Of a stretch of DNA of 64,000 nucleotides, positions 62,438 to 64,000 are shown piece after piece. The DNA comes from Eledone cirrhosa (taxonomy: Eukaryota), in NCBI GenBank assembly GCA_964016885.1, contig OZ024765.1, forward strand, positions 17,422,001-17,486,000. Reading direction: 5' to 3'. The translations under genes and the position numbers were made by a program. Each line of letters starts with the position of its first letter. Position 1 is the first letter of the stretch. The notes under the pieces were generated by a model. That model searched no databases. It saw only the letters and a program-made list of their open reading frames with translations, and was not told where the DNA came from.

Positions 62438-64000
62438 TTAGGGAGAAGTGTTTAGACGGGGTCCGTATTTGTTAATAAAGTGAGATTCCATGCTGATGCG
62501 TTGGGTGTGGGTGGCATTATCTTTAAATTTGTAGAGGGGAAAGATTCTAAAGTTGGGATGATTTTGGGCGGCACAGGTATCAATGTGTTCACTCAGTGCT
62601 ATTTTCCTGTATTCCCGTATTTTAATTTGGGATCTATGGACAGTCATGCGTTGGCGGAGGCTGTTTTTGGTATGGCCTATGTATTGTTCTCGACAACCTG
62701 AGCAAGTTAATACATATATTAGATTTTCTGATGCGCATGCGAAATTGTGTTTTACTATAAAACGTTGTCCTTCTTTGAAATAGAATTCCGAACCCTCTAT
62801 TAGGTTGATGCATATGCCACAGTTGGGTCTATCGCATTTTTTTACTGTGGGTTTCGTTGTTGTGGTTGGCAGTACTTTGGCATGCGTTAGGATGTTTTCC
62901 ATTGACTTAAATTGACTTTTGCTCTTTATTATATCGTGCGTTCGAAGGATTTGGTTCATTCTATGGTCCTTTTTTAACACAGGTATGTTCTGGAGGATGG
63001 TGCCAAAGGCATCATTGTTGAGGGGGTTGTGTGTGGAGATGTATGGAAGAGCTTTTAGTTTCGGTTGATTTACTTTAGGGTGTCTAAAGTCCTGGGTACT
63101 GAGTTTTAGGGCACGTTGGATTCCATTGTCAATTAGTGATGCAGGGTACTCCCTGCCTATGAGTGTGTCCTTTAGTTCTTGTAGCCGTAAGTAGCAGGTG
63201 TTTTTATTGGAGACTATAGTACAGATTCTCTTGGCTAAGTTGTAGGGAATATTAATTTTAACGTGTCTAGGGTGGCAAGAGTTGAAAGGAAGATATTGCT
63301 TGGAGTCTGTGGGCTTGTAGTATATGTCTGTTTCTATTTTTTTGTTATGAATCTTAATGAGGATGTCGAGGAAGAGGAGTTGTTGATGGCTGTATTCCAT
63401 CGTAAAGTTAATATTCGTGTTGAGCCCATTTATAAGGTGTGAAATTAATTAAGTTTCTCGATGTTTTCGTGCCAAAGGATGAAGCATTTATCTAGATATC
63501 GCTTCCAGTTATTTTCTATGTGTAAGTGGAGAGTGTTTCCAAATGTGTTTAGTACTTTAGTTTAGAGGGTATTCAATGACTAGGTTGACATAAGTGGGGG
63601 GTGTTTTCATTCCCATAGCGGTCCCAGATTTCTGCCTGTAGGATTTGTTATTGAAAACGAAGTAATTGTTCTCCAAGATAAATTTGAGTCCCTCTATCAC
63701 GAATTCTTTTTTGATGCGTTGTGAGAGTTCATTGTGGTAATTATGCAGTCAGAATTGGATAGCTTCTATTCCTAGGTTGTGGGGGATGTTGGAGTATAGG
63801 TTGACTACATCGAACGTCACTAGTAGGGTTTGTTCAGAAAGGGGCATATTAGGGAGGTGATTGAGCATATCTAGGTCGTCCCTTATATAGCTTTTGATGT
63901 GCTTGAGAAAAAGGCTTGAGAAGCGTATCAATGAAGTTGCTAAGGCGGTGGGTTTCGCAAGCGGGGCCTGCTATTATAGGTCTTAATTTGAGATCATTGG
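62438..64000 (-). mobile_element. Penelope-like retroelement (Neptune-like) ORF: RT, Cys-rich linker, GIY-YIG endonuclease; RT disrupted; runs off the window
   Basis: LRPII, FDVVNLYSNIP, RQKSGTAMG, WKRYLDK (degenerate YxDD), FLD, YYKPTD..YLPFNSCHP, CDRPNCGIC, NLIYVLTC..C..QYIGHT..LRQRM..H, E..FI...GPRLN. Confidence 0.92.

Overview
AT-rich eukaryotic, repeat-dominated DNA. The SINE families and extreme (TA)n/(CA)n/(GA)n content suggest an octopod cephalopod; this is inferred, not verified. No host gene can be assigned confidently. Most ORF-track entries are microsatellite artefacts, and only a few low-confidence candidate exons exist. Recognisable protein remnants are all transposon-derived: a Penelope-like element (PLE; RT plus Cys-rich linker plus GIY-YIG, 62438-64000), two smaller PLE fragments, several RTE-clade fragments, a CR1/L2-type RT, an R4/Dong RLE fragment and a deleted mariner. 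The dominant hidden signal is RNA structure. About 25-30 hammerhead-ribozyme (HHR) motifs, intact or decayed and from more than 10 sequence families, sit in short non-coding modules embedded in (TA)n tracts. These modules (i) are usually arranged as tail-out fold-backs, (ii) have self-complementary stem III as expected for dimeric minimal HHRs, (iii) show compensatory stem changes between copies, (iv) include non-canonical cores (CCGAUGA, UUGAAAA), and (v) often share a second covarying bulged hairpin downstream of the ribozyme. One locus (50125-50835) is a ~318-bp tandem with one HHR per unit, the architecture of a circRNA-producing retrozyme. All folds were derived by eye and no activity is demonstrated.
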